From contig NC_058368.1 of NCBI RefSeq assembly GCF_018350175.1, positions 86,616,001 to 86,680,000 on the forward strand: a DNA stretch of 64,000 nucleotides. The letters run 5' to 3'. The notes beneath the pieces are model-generated. The model did no database searches, had not been told where the DNA came from, and saw only the letters and a list, made by a program, of their open reading frames with translations. Of this stretch, positions 36,485-49,262 are shown piece after piece (within the stretch, counting starts at the first letter, position 1; every line of letters begins with the position of its first letter). The translations under genes and the position numbers were made by a program. Origin of the DNA: Felis catus. Its lineage: Eukaryota.

Positions 36485-39270
36485 GTTTTATATAGTTGTT
36501 TTTATTTTAATCCCAGCATATTAAACATACAATGGTCTACAAGTTTCAGGTGTGCAATATAGTGATTCAGCAATTTCACGCATCACCCAGAGATCATCAT
36601 GACAAGTGCATTCCTTAATACCCATCATCTATATCATTTATCCCCCCACCCACCTCCCCTCTGGGAACGGTCAGTTTGTTCTCCAGAGTTGAGTCTTTTT
36701 CTTGATTTCACTTTCTCTCTCTTCTTTTTTTTCCTTTGCTCATTTGTTTTCCTTAATAAATTCCACATAAAAGTTAAATCATATGGTACATTCCTCTCTG
36801 ATTTATTTCTCTGTATGTGTGTGTGTGTATTCATCTACTGGTGGAGAGTTGGATGGCTTCCATTATTTGGCTATTGTAAATAATGCTGCTGTAAAGATAG
36901 GGGCGCATATATCCCTTTGAACTAGTGATTTTTATTTTTTGAGTAAATACCCAGTACTGTGATTGCCGGATCATAGGGTAATTTTTGAGGAAACTAATGG
37001 TTTTCACAGTGACTGCACCAGGTTGCATTACAACCAATAGTTCAAGAAGGTTTCTTTTCTCCACATCCTCACCAACCCTTGCTGTTTCTTGTTTTTTGTT
37101 TTTGTTTTGTTTTTGTTTTTGTTTTTTTAGCTCCTCTGACAAGTGTGAGGTGGTATCTCAATATAGCTTTGATTTTTATTTCCCTGATGCTGAGTGTTGA
37201 GCATCTTTTTATGTGTTTGTTAGCCATCTGGATGTCTTCTTTGGAGAAATATCTGTTCATGTCTTTGAATATTATTTAATTGAAGTTTTTTGGTGTTGAG
37301 TTGTATAAGCACTTAATAGAGTTTGGATACTCTTTTTATCAGATATATCTCTTGAAAATATATTCTTAAATTCAGTAGGTTGCCTTTTGTTTCTGTTGAT
37401 TGTTTCCTTTGCTACATAGAAGCCTTTTTATTTTGATGTAGTCCCAATAATTTAGTTTTACTTTCCCTCCCTTTCCTCATGAGACATATGTAGAAAATTG
37501 TTTACATGGCTGATGTCAGAGAAATTAATGCCTTTGCTTTCTTCTATGATTTTTTTTTTTATGATTTCAAGTCTCACATTTAGATCTTTAGTCCATTTTG
37601 GATTTGTTTTTGTGTACGGTAAGAAAATGGTCCACTTTTTTTTCTTTTTATTAAAGCTGTCCAGTTTTCCAAACATCATTCATTGAAGACACTATATTTT
37701 TCCCATTGAATATTCATTCCTCCTTTGTCAAAGATTAATTGACATATAAGCATTCATTTAGTTCTGGGGTTTTACCCTATTCCACTGATCTATGTGTCTA
37801 CATCTTATGTCGGTACCATGCTGCTTTGATGACTACAACTTTGTAATATAATTTGAGGTCTAGAATTGTGATAGTCCCAATTGTGTTTTTCATTTTGAAG
37901 ATTGATTTTGCTATCCAAGGCCTCTTTTTTGGTTCCTTACAGATTTTAGATTTTCTGCTCTTCTTCTGTGAAAAATGTTATTGGTATTTTTACAGGGACA
38001 TCAATAAAACTGTAGATTCCTCTAGGTAGTATAGACATTTTAACAGCATTTGTTTTTCCAATCTATGGACATGGGATGTTTTTCCATTTCTTTTATTTCC
38101 CTTGAGTTTCTTTGATCTTTGTTTAATAATTTTCAAAATATTGTTCTCCCATCTCCTTGGTTAAGTTTGTTCTTAGATATTTTATTTCTTTTAGTCCAAT
38201 TGAAAGTGATTTTTTAAATTTCACTTTCTGCTACTTCATTATTAGTGTGTAGAAATGCAACATATTTCTGACCATTGATTTTGTTTCCTTCAACTTGACT
38301 GAATAGGTATTAGTTCCAGTAATTTTTTTGTGAAGTCTTTGGGTCTTCTCTATATAGTGTTATGTCATCTGAAAATAGTGAATATTTTATTTTTTCTTAC
38401 CAATTTGGATTTTTTGTTGTTGTTCTTTTATTGTATATTTATTGTGGCTAGGACTCTCAGTACTATCTTGAATAAACGTGTTGGGAGTGGACATCCTTGT
38501 CTTGTTCCTGACCTTAGCAGAAAAGCTCCGTCTTCCCTATGGAGTATGATTGTCACTGTGGATTTTCCATATATGACCTTTATTATGTTGAGATATGTTC
38601 TTGCTAGCCCTTTTTTGTTAAGGTATTTATCATGAAGGGATGTTCAATACTTCTTCTGCATCTACTGAAATGATCATGTTTTAATCCTTTCTCTTTTTGA
38701 TAAGATGTGTCACGTTGGTTGTTTTGAAAATGTTGAAACACTACTGCATCCTGGGAATAAATCCCACTTGGTCATAGTGTATGATTTTTTTAAATGTATT
38801 GTTGGATTTGGTTTGCTGGTATTTTTTTTGAAAATTTTTGCATTCATGTTCATCAGAGCTATTGGTATCACAATAAAGCTGGTCTTAAAGAATGATTTGA
38901 AAGTATTACTTTCTCTTCTTTTTTTTTTTTTTTTTGGAATAGTTTGAGGAGGATGAGGTATTACCTCTTCCTTAAACGTTAGGTTGATTCCACTGTGATG
39001 CCATCTGATCCTGGAGGTGTGTTTGGGAGTTTTTTGATTAGTGATTCAATTTCATTGCTGCTAATAAATCTGTTCAAATTTTTCTATCTCTTTCTGCTTC
39101 AGTTTTTGATACATTTTATTTTTCTGGAATCCATGTCTTGTAGGTTGTCCAATTTGTAGGCATATATTTTTAATTAATATTCCCTTATAATGAATTTCCT
39201 TGGTGATACTTGTTCTTTCTCTTCTTTCATTTGTGATTTTGTGCTTTATTTTTTTGAGTCCTCTCTCTTT
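36485..39270 (-). mobile_element. LINE-1 3'UTR plus ORF2 (RT region), decayed
   Basis: tttattttaatcccagcatattaaacatac 3' end; ORF2 remnants 37069-37260 and 37458-37679. Confidence 0.88.
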
Positions 39271-42200
39271 TTTGTCAAATGTAATTTATTGACAAGTTGG
39301 CTAAATTACAGTGAATACAGTGTGCTCTTCTTTTTGGGAGCATATAGCCATGATTCATAGCTCACATACAACACCCAGTGCTTATCCCAACAAGTGCACT
39401 CCTCAATGCTCATCACCCATCTTCCCCTGTCTCCTAACCACCCATCAAGCCTCAGTCTGTTCTCTGTATTAAAGAGTCTCTTATGGTTTGACTTACTCCC
39501 TCTCTGTTTGTATTTTCTCCTTCCCTTCCCCCATGGTCTTCTGTTAAGTTTCTCAAGTCCCACATATCAGTGAAAACATTATATCTCCCTTTTTCTGACT
39601 GACTTATTTCACTTAGCATAATACTGTCCAGTAGCATCCACGTTGCTGTAAATGGCAAAATTTCATTCTTTCTCATTGCCAAGTAGTATTATTTTGTATA
39701 CATAAACCATATCTTCTTTATCCATTCATCAGTTGATGGGCATTTATGCTCTTTCCATAATTTGGCTATTGTTGAAAGTGCTGCTATAAACATCGTGGTA
39801 TATGTGACCCTGTGAATCAGCACTCTTTTATGCTTTGGAAAGTGCAATTGTTGGGTCTTAGGTTAGTTATATCTTTAATTTTTTTGAGGAACCTCCACAC
39901 TATTTTCCCGAATGCCTGCACCAGTTTGCATCCCCAACAACTGTGCAAGAGGTTTACTGTTTTTCCACATCCTCACTAGCATATGTTGTTGCCTGAGTTG
40001 TTAATTTTAGCCACTCTGCCTAGTGTGAGGTGGTATCTGATTATGGTTTTGATTTCTATTCTCTGGTGATGAGTCATGCTGAGCATATTTTCATGTGTCT
40101 GTTGACCATCTGGATGTCTTCTGTGAAAAAGTGTCTATTCACTTCTTCTGCCCATTTTTTTCACTATTATTTGTTTTTCAGGTGCTGTATTTAGCAAGTT
40201 CTTTATAGTTTTTGGATACAAACCCTTTAACCAATATGTCATTTGCATATATCTTCTATTCTGTGGGATGATTTTTAGTTTGGTTGAGTGTTTCCTTTAC
40301 ATTGCAGAGGATTTTTATCTTCCCAATAGTTAATTCTTACTTTTAATTCCCTTGTCTTTGGAGTCGTGTTGAGCAAGAAATTACTGTGGCTGGGATCAAA
40401 GAGGTTGTTGCTTGTTTTCTCCTCTAGGGTTTTGATGCCTTTCTGTCTTACATTTAGGACTTTCATCCATTTTGAGTTTATTTTTGTGTATGATGTAAGA
40501 AAGTGGTCCAGTTTCACTCTGCTACAGTGACTGTCCAGTTCTCCTGCACCATTTGCTAAAGAGACTGTCATCTTTCCATTGGATACTCTTTCCTACTTTG
40601 TCAAAGATTAGTTGGCCATACATTTGTGGGTCCAGTTATGGGTTCTTTATTCTATTTCACTGATCCATATGTCTATTTTTGTGCCAATACCATACTTTCT
40701 TGATGATTACAGCCTTCTGGTAGAGGCTAAAGTCTGGGATTCTGATGACTCCCACTTTGGTTTTCTTTTTCAATATTATTTTGGCTATTCGGTGTCTTTT
40801 GCAGTTCCATACAATTTTTAGGATTGCTTGTTCTAGCTTTGAGAAGAATGTTGGTGCAATTTTGATTGGGATTGCCTTGAATGTGTAGATTGGTTTAGGT
40901 AGTATTTACATTTTAACAATATTTATTCTTCCAATCCATGAGCATGGAATGTTTTTCTATTTCCTTTTGTCTTCTTCAATTTCTTTCATACGTTTTCTAT
41001 AGTTTTCAGCACAGAGATCTTTTACATCTTGGGTTAGGTTTATTCCTCAGTATTTTAGGATTTTTGGTGTAATTGTCAATGGGACCGATTTCTTGATTTC
41101 TCTTTCTGTTGTTTTATTATTGGTGTATAGAAATGTAACCCATTTCTGTACATTGATTTTGTATACTGCGACTTTGCCGAATTCATGTATCAGTTCCAGC
41201 AGCTTTTTGGTGGAGTCTTTCAGGTTTTCCATGTAGAGAATCATGTCGTCTGCAAAAAGTGAAAATGTGACTCCTTCTTTGGCAATTTTGATGACTTATT
41301 TCATCTTTTGTCTGATTGCTGATGCTAGGACTTCCAACCCTATGTTAAACAACAGTGGTGACAGTGGACATCCCTTTCATGTTCCTGGTCTCAGGGGGAA
41401 AGCTCTCAATCTTTCTCCTTTGAGAATGATATTATCTATGGGCTTTGCATACATGGCTCTTATGATGTTCAGGTATGTTCCTTCTGTTCCAGATTTCTTG
41501 AAACGTTTTTATTAAGAAAGGATGGTGTCAAAAGCTTTTTTATGCATCTATTCATGGGATCATATGATTCTTATCCTTTGTTTTATTAATGTGATGTATC
41601 ACATCGATTGATTTGCAAATATTGAACCAGCCCTACAGCCCAAGAATGAATCCCACTTGATTATGGTGAATAATTATTTTTATAAACTGTTGAATTCAAT
41701 TTGATAGTATCTTGTTGAGGATTTTCATCCATGTTCATCAGGGATATTGGCCTTTAATTCTCCCTTTATGTGCGGGTCTTTGTATGATTTGGGAATCAAG
41801 GTAATACTGTGTTCATAAAATGAGATCAGAAAATTTCCTTTCATTTCTATTTTTTAGAACAGCTTGAGAAGGATAGGTATTCACTATGCTTTAAATGTCT
41901 GGTAGAATTCTCTGGGAAGCCATCTTGCCGAGGACTCTTAATTTTTTTAATATATTTGGTAACTAATTCAATTTCTACCCTAGTTATGGGTATGTTCAAA
42001 TTTTCTATTTCTTCTATTTTGAGTTTTGGTAGTGTGTACGTGTCTAGGCATTTGTCCATTTCTTCCAGGTTGTCCAGTTTGTTGGCATATAATTTTTCAT
42101 AGTATTCTCTGATAATTGATTGTGTTTCTGAAGGGTTGGTTGCCATAAGTCCAATTTAATTCATGATTGTACCTATTTGGGTCCTCTCTCTTCTTTTTGA

Positions 42201-43637
42201 GCAATCTGTGTAGGGGTTTATCTAGTTTTTGTTTTTTTTTTTTCAAAAAACCCGTTCTTAGTTTTATTAATCTGTTCTACTGTTTTATTTCAATTCTATA
42301 TTCTTTATTTCTTCCCTCATCTTTATCATTTACCTTCTTCTGCTGACCTTGGGGTTTCTTTGCTGCTCTGCTTCTAGTTAGAGGTTAGAGGTAACCTAAC
42401 CTCTAGAGTTAGAGGTTAGAAGTTAGAGGTCCAGTTGCTGTTAGAGGTTATATTTGGGATTTTTCTTGTTTCTTGACATAGGCCTGTATTGCAATCTATT
42501 TTCCTCTTAGGACTGCCTTTTCTGCATCCCAAAGGGTTTGGACTGTAGTATTTTCATTTTCATTTATTTCCATATATTTTTTAGTTTCTTCTTTAATTTC
42601 CTGGTTGACCCATTCATTCTTTATTAGGATCTTCTTGAACCTCCATGCATTTGGAGGTTTTCCAAACTTTTCCTGTGGTTGATTTCAAGTTTCATAGCAT
42701 TGTGATCTGAAAATGTGCATGGTATTATCTCAATTCTTCTGTATTCTTCTTTTGTGACCCAGTATGTGATCTATATTGGAGAATGTTCCATGTGCACTCT
42801 AGAAGAATGTGTATTCTGCTGCTTTTGGCTGAAAAGTTCTGAATATATCTGTCAAGTCCATCTGAGCAAGTGTATCATTCAGGGCCATTGTTTCTTCATT
42901 GATTTTCTGCCTCGATGATCTGTCCATTGTTGTAAGTGGAGTATTAAAGTACCTTGCAATTACCACATTCTTACCAATAAGATTGCTTATGTTCATGATT
43001 AATTGTTTTATATATTAGGGTGCATAGTCTTTCATAATTGTTAATTCTTCTTGATAGATAGACCCCATAATTATGATACGATGCCATTCTTCATCTCTTG
43101 TTACAGTCTTTGCCTTAAAATCTAGTTTGTCTGATATAAGTATGGCTACTCCACCTTTCCTTTTGGCATCCAGTAGGATGATAGATGGTTCTCCATCCAC
43201 TCACTTCCAATCTGCAGGTTTCCTCAGGTCTTAATTTGGTCTCTTGTAGGCAGCATATAAATGGATTTTTTTTCTTTTACATGTAATACCCTATGTCTTT
43301 TCTTGGGGAATTTAGTCCATTTACACTGAGAGTGATTATGAAAAGATGGATTCAGTGTCATTGTGTTAACTGTAGGTGTCATGATTGTGATTATGTATTT
43401 CTTTCTTTGTACTCTTTGCTGCCTTCTACTCACAGAGTCTCCCATAAGATATCCTTTATGGTTGGCCTTGAACTCCTTAGTTTTTGTCTGTCTGGGAATG
43501 CCTTTATCTTTCTTTGTATTCTGAATGAGAGCCTTGCTGGATATCTTGCCTGCATATTTTTCCTATTCAGCACATTGAGTATTTCCTGTCACTCCCTTAT
43601 GGCCTGCAAAGTTTCATTGGATAGGTGTGCTATTATC

Positions 43638-43820
43638 TTTTTTTTTAAATAATGTTTATTATTTATTTTTTGAGAGAGGGAGACAGAAAGAGAAAGAGTG
43701 AGACAGACAGAGAATCTGAAGTGGCTCCAGGCTCTGAGCTGTCAGCACAGGGCCTGAAGTGGGGTTCGAGCTCATGAACTGTAAGATCATGATCTGTGCT
43801 GAAGCCTCCCAGGTGCCCCC
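43638..43820 (-). mobile_element. CAN-SINE (head partly deleted) in L1 ORF1
   Basis: TSD aggtgtgcta(t/c)ta(t/c)cttt; ggctccaggctctgagctgtcagcacag. Confidence 0.92.
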
Positions 43821-44986
43821 AGGTGTGCTACTACCTTTATGTATTTACCCTTGTAGGGTAAGGCCTGTTTGTCTCTACCTGCTTTCAGAATTTTATCCTT
43901 TCAGAATCTTTATCCTCTCTTTATCCTTTTATTTTGCCAGTTTCTCTATGATATGTCATGGTGTTTACCTGTTTTTGTTGATTTTGAAGAGAATTCTCTA
44001 TGCCTCTTGGATATGGATGCCTGTTTCTTTTCCCATATAAGGGAAGTTTTCAGCTTTAATTTGTTCAAATAAGCCTGCACCCACCTACCCCCTTCTTCTT
44101 CTGAAATGCCTACCTTACAGATTTTATTTCACTTGATTGAATCACTTAGGTCTCTTATTATCCTTTCATGGTCTAGTAATTTCCTTTCCCTCTTTTTCTG
44201 AAGTTCATAATTTTCCATAATTTAACTTATATTTTAGCTTTTCTCCCCTCTGCTTCTTCCATCTTTGTTGTCACTGAACATAATTTATTTTGCATCTCAT
44301 TTACAGCATTTCTTAGTTCATTGTGACTATTTCTTAAGTCTGATCTCTGTAGCAATAGATTCTGCGCTGTCTTATATGCTTTTTAAAGCTCAGGTATTGG
44401 TCTTATGACTTACATTCTTAATTCTTGTTTCGATATGTTTTTATGTCTTTTTTTGAGTAATTCTCTGACTGTCATTTCTTTCTGGAATTTCCTTTGGGGA
44501 AATTCTTCTGTTTTGTCATTTTGGTTGTTTCTGTCTTTTATGTGTTTTAATAGCTTGTTATGTGTCCTGTACCTGTGAGAACTATTATATTAAAGGAGGT
44601 TATAGATTGTCCAAGAACTGACACTTCACTGTTTTTGGAATGTGTTTTATCCACTCTCTTGTTGTGTAGTTGGCTGTTCTATCCCACTGGTCATTCTTCT
44701 ACAAAACTCCTCCTTACTCATAGTGGTGGATTGTTTAGACCTTCCGCCAGGTGTGCTTTGATTTGTTTGTTGAAATAACATTGTGAAAAAGGAAGTGGAA
44801 AGGGACTTGATCCCATACAAGGAAAAAAAAATGAAAGGAGTGAAAAAGAAACAACAAAGACCAAGCAGAGAATAAAAGAAACTTAAAGCTAAATCCAGAG
44901 AAAAAGAAAAGAAAATAAAGAAGGAGATATAGAAAAAATTTTAAGAAAAATAGTATACTAATGCCTGATTAAACAAACAGAGAAGA

Positions 44987-45028
<42 letters not shown>

Positions 45029-45536
45029 TTGGCCAGACATAAAATTAGAAACTATAAGCCTGATTCCAAAGGAAAAAAAAAAGTAGTGGGTAGAAAGAAA
45101 AAGAAAATAAAACAGAAATGAAGGAAAGAAGAAAAAAGAGGGGGAAAAAAGAGCAACAGACTGATATACAAACTGCAGGACAGCTGTCTGTTGGTGCCTG
45201 GGACCTGTGGCTGTGCTGGTCTGGAGGAGAGTGGTCTGTTTAGCTCATTGTCAGTCCTTTTCCTATAGATAAGTTGCCAGGCAGGGAGAGGCGAGGTTTG
45301 GTTTAAGCAGGTGCCACATCCACTTGTGGCCGCTGCTGTCCCATTTCCTGAAGTCCCACCCTGTTGGTTATGTGGAGAAAATGGTGACACCACCAGTCTC
45401 TCCTCCTTGGCCTGGGCAACTCCAACCGTTATGTTCAGGCAGCCCTCACAGAGTAGCATGGAGGGGGCTTGGCTTGTCCTGATCCACAGTCTCCTGCAAC
45501 ATCTAGGTGCCCAGCTGGGATTCTAAACCCGCAGTC

Positions 45537-45750
45537 TTATTTATTTATTTTTTATTTTTATTTATTTTTGAGATAGAGTGAAAGCAGGGGAGAGGCAGAG
45601 AGAGAGAGAGAGAGAGAGAGAAAATCCAAAGCAGACTCCAGGCTCTGAGCTGTCAGCACAGAACCTGATGTGGGTTCAAACTCACAAACTGTGATATCAT
45701 GACCTGAGCAGAAGTTGGAGACTTAACCAACTGAGCCACCCAGGTGTCCC
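45537..45750 (-). mobile_element. CAN-SINE in L1 5'UTR
   Basis: acttaaccaactgagccacccaggtgtccc; (ga)n; (ttta)n tail. Confidence 0.92.
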
Positions 45751-46103
45751 TAAAACCTGATATCTTAAGGGATCTCCCACCATGAAGATCTGGTTCTGGG
45801 GTAGCACCACTCTTCCCTGCCAATATAACTGGCCCCTGCAAGGTCTTTTGTCTTTGGAGGGGGGCATTATATCCTCTTCCAACAGAACTCAAAGGAGGGA
45901 ACACGCCCCAGATCGCTACCAAGCACCAGGGTTAGATCCCTTCACCCGGAGGCATGCACATACTGTTGTCTTTGGTCTGCGGAAACTCCTGTACTTTTCA
46001 AAATTCTGATCTTTAGCTTCTGATGCCGTTTGCAAAGTAGAGACTGCCACTCTGTATTTCTTGATCCCCAGTCTTTGCTCTGGAGATGTTTTTCTCCTTT
46101 TCT

Positions 46104-47167
46104 TTTTCTTTTTCTTTTTCTTTTTTTGCCTTTTTTAAAACCCGACTTTAATATTTTTATATGAAATTTATTGTCAAGTTGGTTTCCATACAACACCCAG
46201 TGCTCATCCCAACAGGTGCCCTCCTCAATGCCCATCACCCAATTTCCCCTCCCCCCACCCCCATCAACCCTCAGTTTCTACCTTTTTCCCCCCCTTCCCC
46301 CCCTCTCTGGTCTTCTGTTGAGCTTCTCAGGATCCACATAAGAGTGAAAACATATGGTATCTGTCTTTCTCTGACTTATTTCACTTAGCATAACACTCTC
46401 CAGTTCCACCCACATTGCTAAAAAAGGCCAGATTTCATTCTTTCTCATTGCCAAGTAGTATTCCATTGTATATATAAACCATAACTTCTTTATCCATTCA
46501 TCAGTTGATGGACATTTAGGCTCTTTCCATAATTTGGCTATTGCTGAAAGTGCTGTTATAAACATTGGGGTACAAGTGTCCCGATGCATCAGCACTCCTG
46601 TATCCCTTGGGTAAATTCCTAGCAGTGCTATTGCTGGGTCGTAGGGTAGATCTATTTTTAATTTTTTGAGGAACCTCCACACTGTTTTCCAGAGCTGATA
46701 CATGAATTCAGCAAAGTTGCAGGATACAAAATTAATGTACAGAAATCAGTTGCATTTTTATACACTAATAATGAAGCAACAGAAAGACAAATAAAGAAAC
46801 TGATCCCATTCACAATTGCACCAAGAATCATAAAATACCTAGGAACACACCTAACCAAAGATGTAAAAGATCTGTATGCTGAAAACTATAGAAAGCTTAT
46901 GAAGGAAATTGAAGAACATATTAAAGAAATGGAAAAATATTCCATCCTTATGGATTGGAAGAATAAATATTATGAAAATGTCAATACTACCCAAAACTAT
47001 CTACACATTCAATTCAATCCCAATCAAAATTGCACCAGCATTCTTCTTGAAGCTAGAACAAGCAATCCTAAAATTTGTATGGAACCACAAAAGACCCCGA
47101 ATATCCAAAGTAATATTGAAGAAGAAAACCAAAGTGGGAGGCATCACAATCCCAGGCTTTAGCCTCT
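46104..47167 (-). mobile_element. Young 5'-inverted (twin-primed) LINE-1
   Basis: Minus-strand 3' end to about 46694 (open ORF2 C-terminus 46278-46690), then plus-strand ORF2 46695-47167; TSD tgtttttctcYttttct at 46087 and 47167. Confidence 0.88.
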
Positions 47168-48302
47168 GTTTTTCTCTTTTTCTAACACTATACCACAGTC
47201 CACAGCTTCTCTTTCTCACCCTTTGTCTCTCCACAGTAGGGATCACTTCCCTCCGTGTCCATTCCGTTTATCTCCCCCAATTCACATAAATCCGCCTCTG
47301 TCAGGCCAAGCTGTCTCCCTTCACCTGTGACGATTCTTCTGCCACTAGGCAGATTGATTTCCTGGTGTTCCAAGTGATCTGATCTCAATATAGCTATGTT
47401 TGAAGGAGAAGGGAATTCCCTGCCCCCCTCCTTCTTTACCATCTTAACTATTCCCTCTACTTGTTAACATTTTATATTTACTTATTTTCCATACATCCTC
47501 CTCTATGAAATATACTTCAATTCTTTTGCCAATATTCCAGATTTTTTTATGTTGTTGTTGTTGTTGTTGTTGTTATTGCTGTGTTTCATTGTTGAATTTA
47601 GTAATTCATTATGTATTTTTGACTGGACTTTTGTCTGATACAATTTTTGTAGTTGTTTTATGTATTATGTAGCTAGTAATGTGATGGCAAAATGTGATGG
47701 CAAAATTTTTCAAGATATAAAAAATAATAATACTGATGAAGTCCAGTTTATCAACTATTCTTTTTATGCTTTGGGTGCCAAGTCTAAAAACTACTTGTTT
47801 GTTCTTAAATCCTATTTTTTTCTACATTTTATTTCTAATAAAATTCAGTTTTACCTTTTATAATTAAGCCCATTGTCCATTTTGAGAAATTTTGTGTACA
47901 AAATTTGAGATTTAAATTGGGATTATTTTGTTTTACTGTGTTCTTGTTCTTGTTATTTGTTTGGCCTATGGATGTCTAATTGCTTCATCACCATTTGTTG
48001 CAATCTTTATCCTCTTGAATTGCTTTTGCAATCTTGTGAAATATTGTTTGGAAATATTTGTGTGAGTTTTTATACAGATTCTTAGTTATGTTTCAATGAC
48101 TTATATCTCTAAACTTCCACTAATGCTGAAGTCTTAATACCCATAGCTGTGTGACAAGTTAGCATTTGTATAAAATAATTCTCATCACTCTCATTTTTTA
48201 AAATTGTTTAGCTTTTCCAGTTCTTTATCTCTCCTTAGAAATTTTATTATAATCTTATCCATGTATGCAAGAAAACAGTAAAATTTAAACTGGAATTGCT
48301 TT

Positions 48303-48512
48303 GGGGCGCCTGGGTGGCTCAGTCAGTTAATCGTTCGACTTCAGCTCAGGTCACGATCTCACGCTCCGTGAGTTTGAGCCCCGCGTCGGGCTCTGGGCTG
48401 ATGGCTCAGAGCCTGGAGCCTGCTTCCGATTCTGTGTCTCCCTCTCTCTCTGCCCCTCCCCCGTTCATGCTCTGTCTCTCTCTGTCTCAAAATTAAATAA
48501 ACATTAAAAAAA
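48303..48512 (+). mobile_element. Young felid CAN-SINE
   Basis: CpG-rich near-consensus copy; perfect ~21-bp TSD aatttaaactggaattgcttt. Confidence 0.96.
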
Positions 48513-48629
48513 TTTAAACTGGAATTGCTTTAAATCTTTATACCAATTTCAGAAGGATTGACATTTAGCTGTATTGAGTATTCTAATTCATACCTCTTTA
48601 GGTATGTTTAATTCCTGTATTTAAATTTT

Positions 48630-49262
48630 CATGATTCCATTCTGACAGGTACGAGGTCATATCTCGTCATGGTTTTGATTTGTATTTCTTTGAGAATGAA
48701 TTATGTTGAGCATTTTCTCATCTGTCTGTTAGCCATCTGGATGTCTTCTTTGGAAAAGTGTTTTTTCATGTCTTTTGCCCACTTCTTAACTGGGTTGTTT
48801 GTTTTTCATTTGTTTGTTTTTGGATGTTGAGTTTGATAAGTTCTTTATGGGTTTTGGATACTAACCCTTTATCCAATATGTCATTTGCAAATATCTTCTC
48901 CCATTTCATAGGCTGCTTCAATGATGTGTGCAGTAAAATGATGCAGCTGAGGTCAAGGGGTTTCTGTCTGTGTTGTCCATTAGGGCTTTGATATTTTAAT
49001 GTCTCACATTTAAGTTTTTAATCCATTTTGCATTTATTTTTGTGTATGGTATAAGAAAGTGGTCCAGTTTAATTCTTTTGCATGTGGCCATCCAGTTTTC
49101 CCAACACCATATTTTGAAGAACCTGTCTTTTTTCCATTGACTACTCTTTGTTATTTTGTTGAAGATTAGTTAATCATATAGTTGTGGGTTCATTTCTAGG
49201 TTTTGTATTATCATCCGTTGATTGATGTGCCTGTTTTTGTGCCACTACCTTACTGTCTTGAT
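48630..49262 (-). mobile_element. Internal LINE-1 ORF2 fragment without 3'UTR or tail
   Basis: From ccattctgacaggtacgaggtcatatctc to ccttactgtcttgat. Confidence 0.8.

Larger units (their letters stand above)
39271..47455 (-). mobile_element. Full-span inactive LINE-1 carrying two SINEs and one younger L1
   Basis: aatttattgacaagttggcta 3' end; ORF2 remnants 39452-43200; ORF1 about 43440-44560; 5'UTR ending cttctttaccatcttaac at about 47450. Confidence 0.9.

Noticed and set aside
42374..42450. Interstitial telomeric repeat
   Set aside because: The unit is ttagagg/gttagag rather than ttaggg, occurs in both orientations and matches the local flank.
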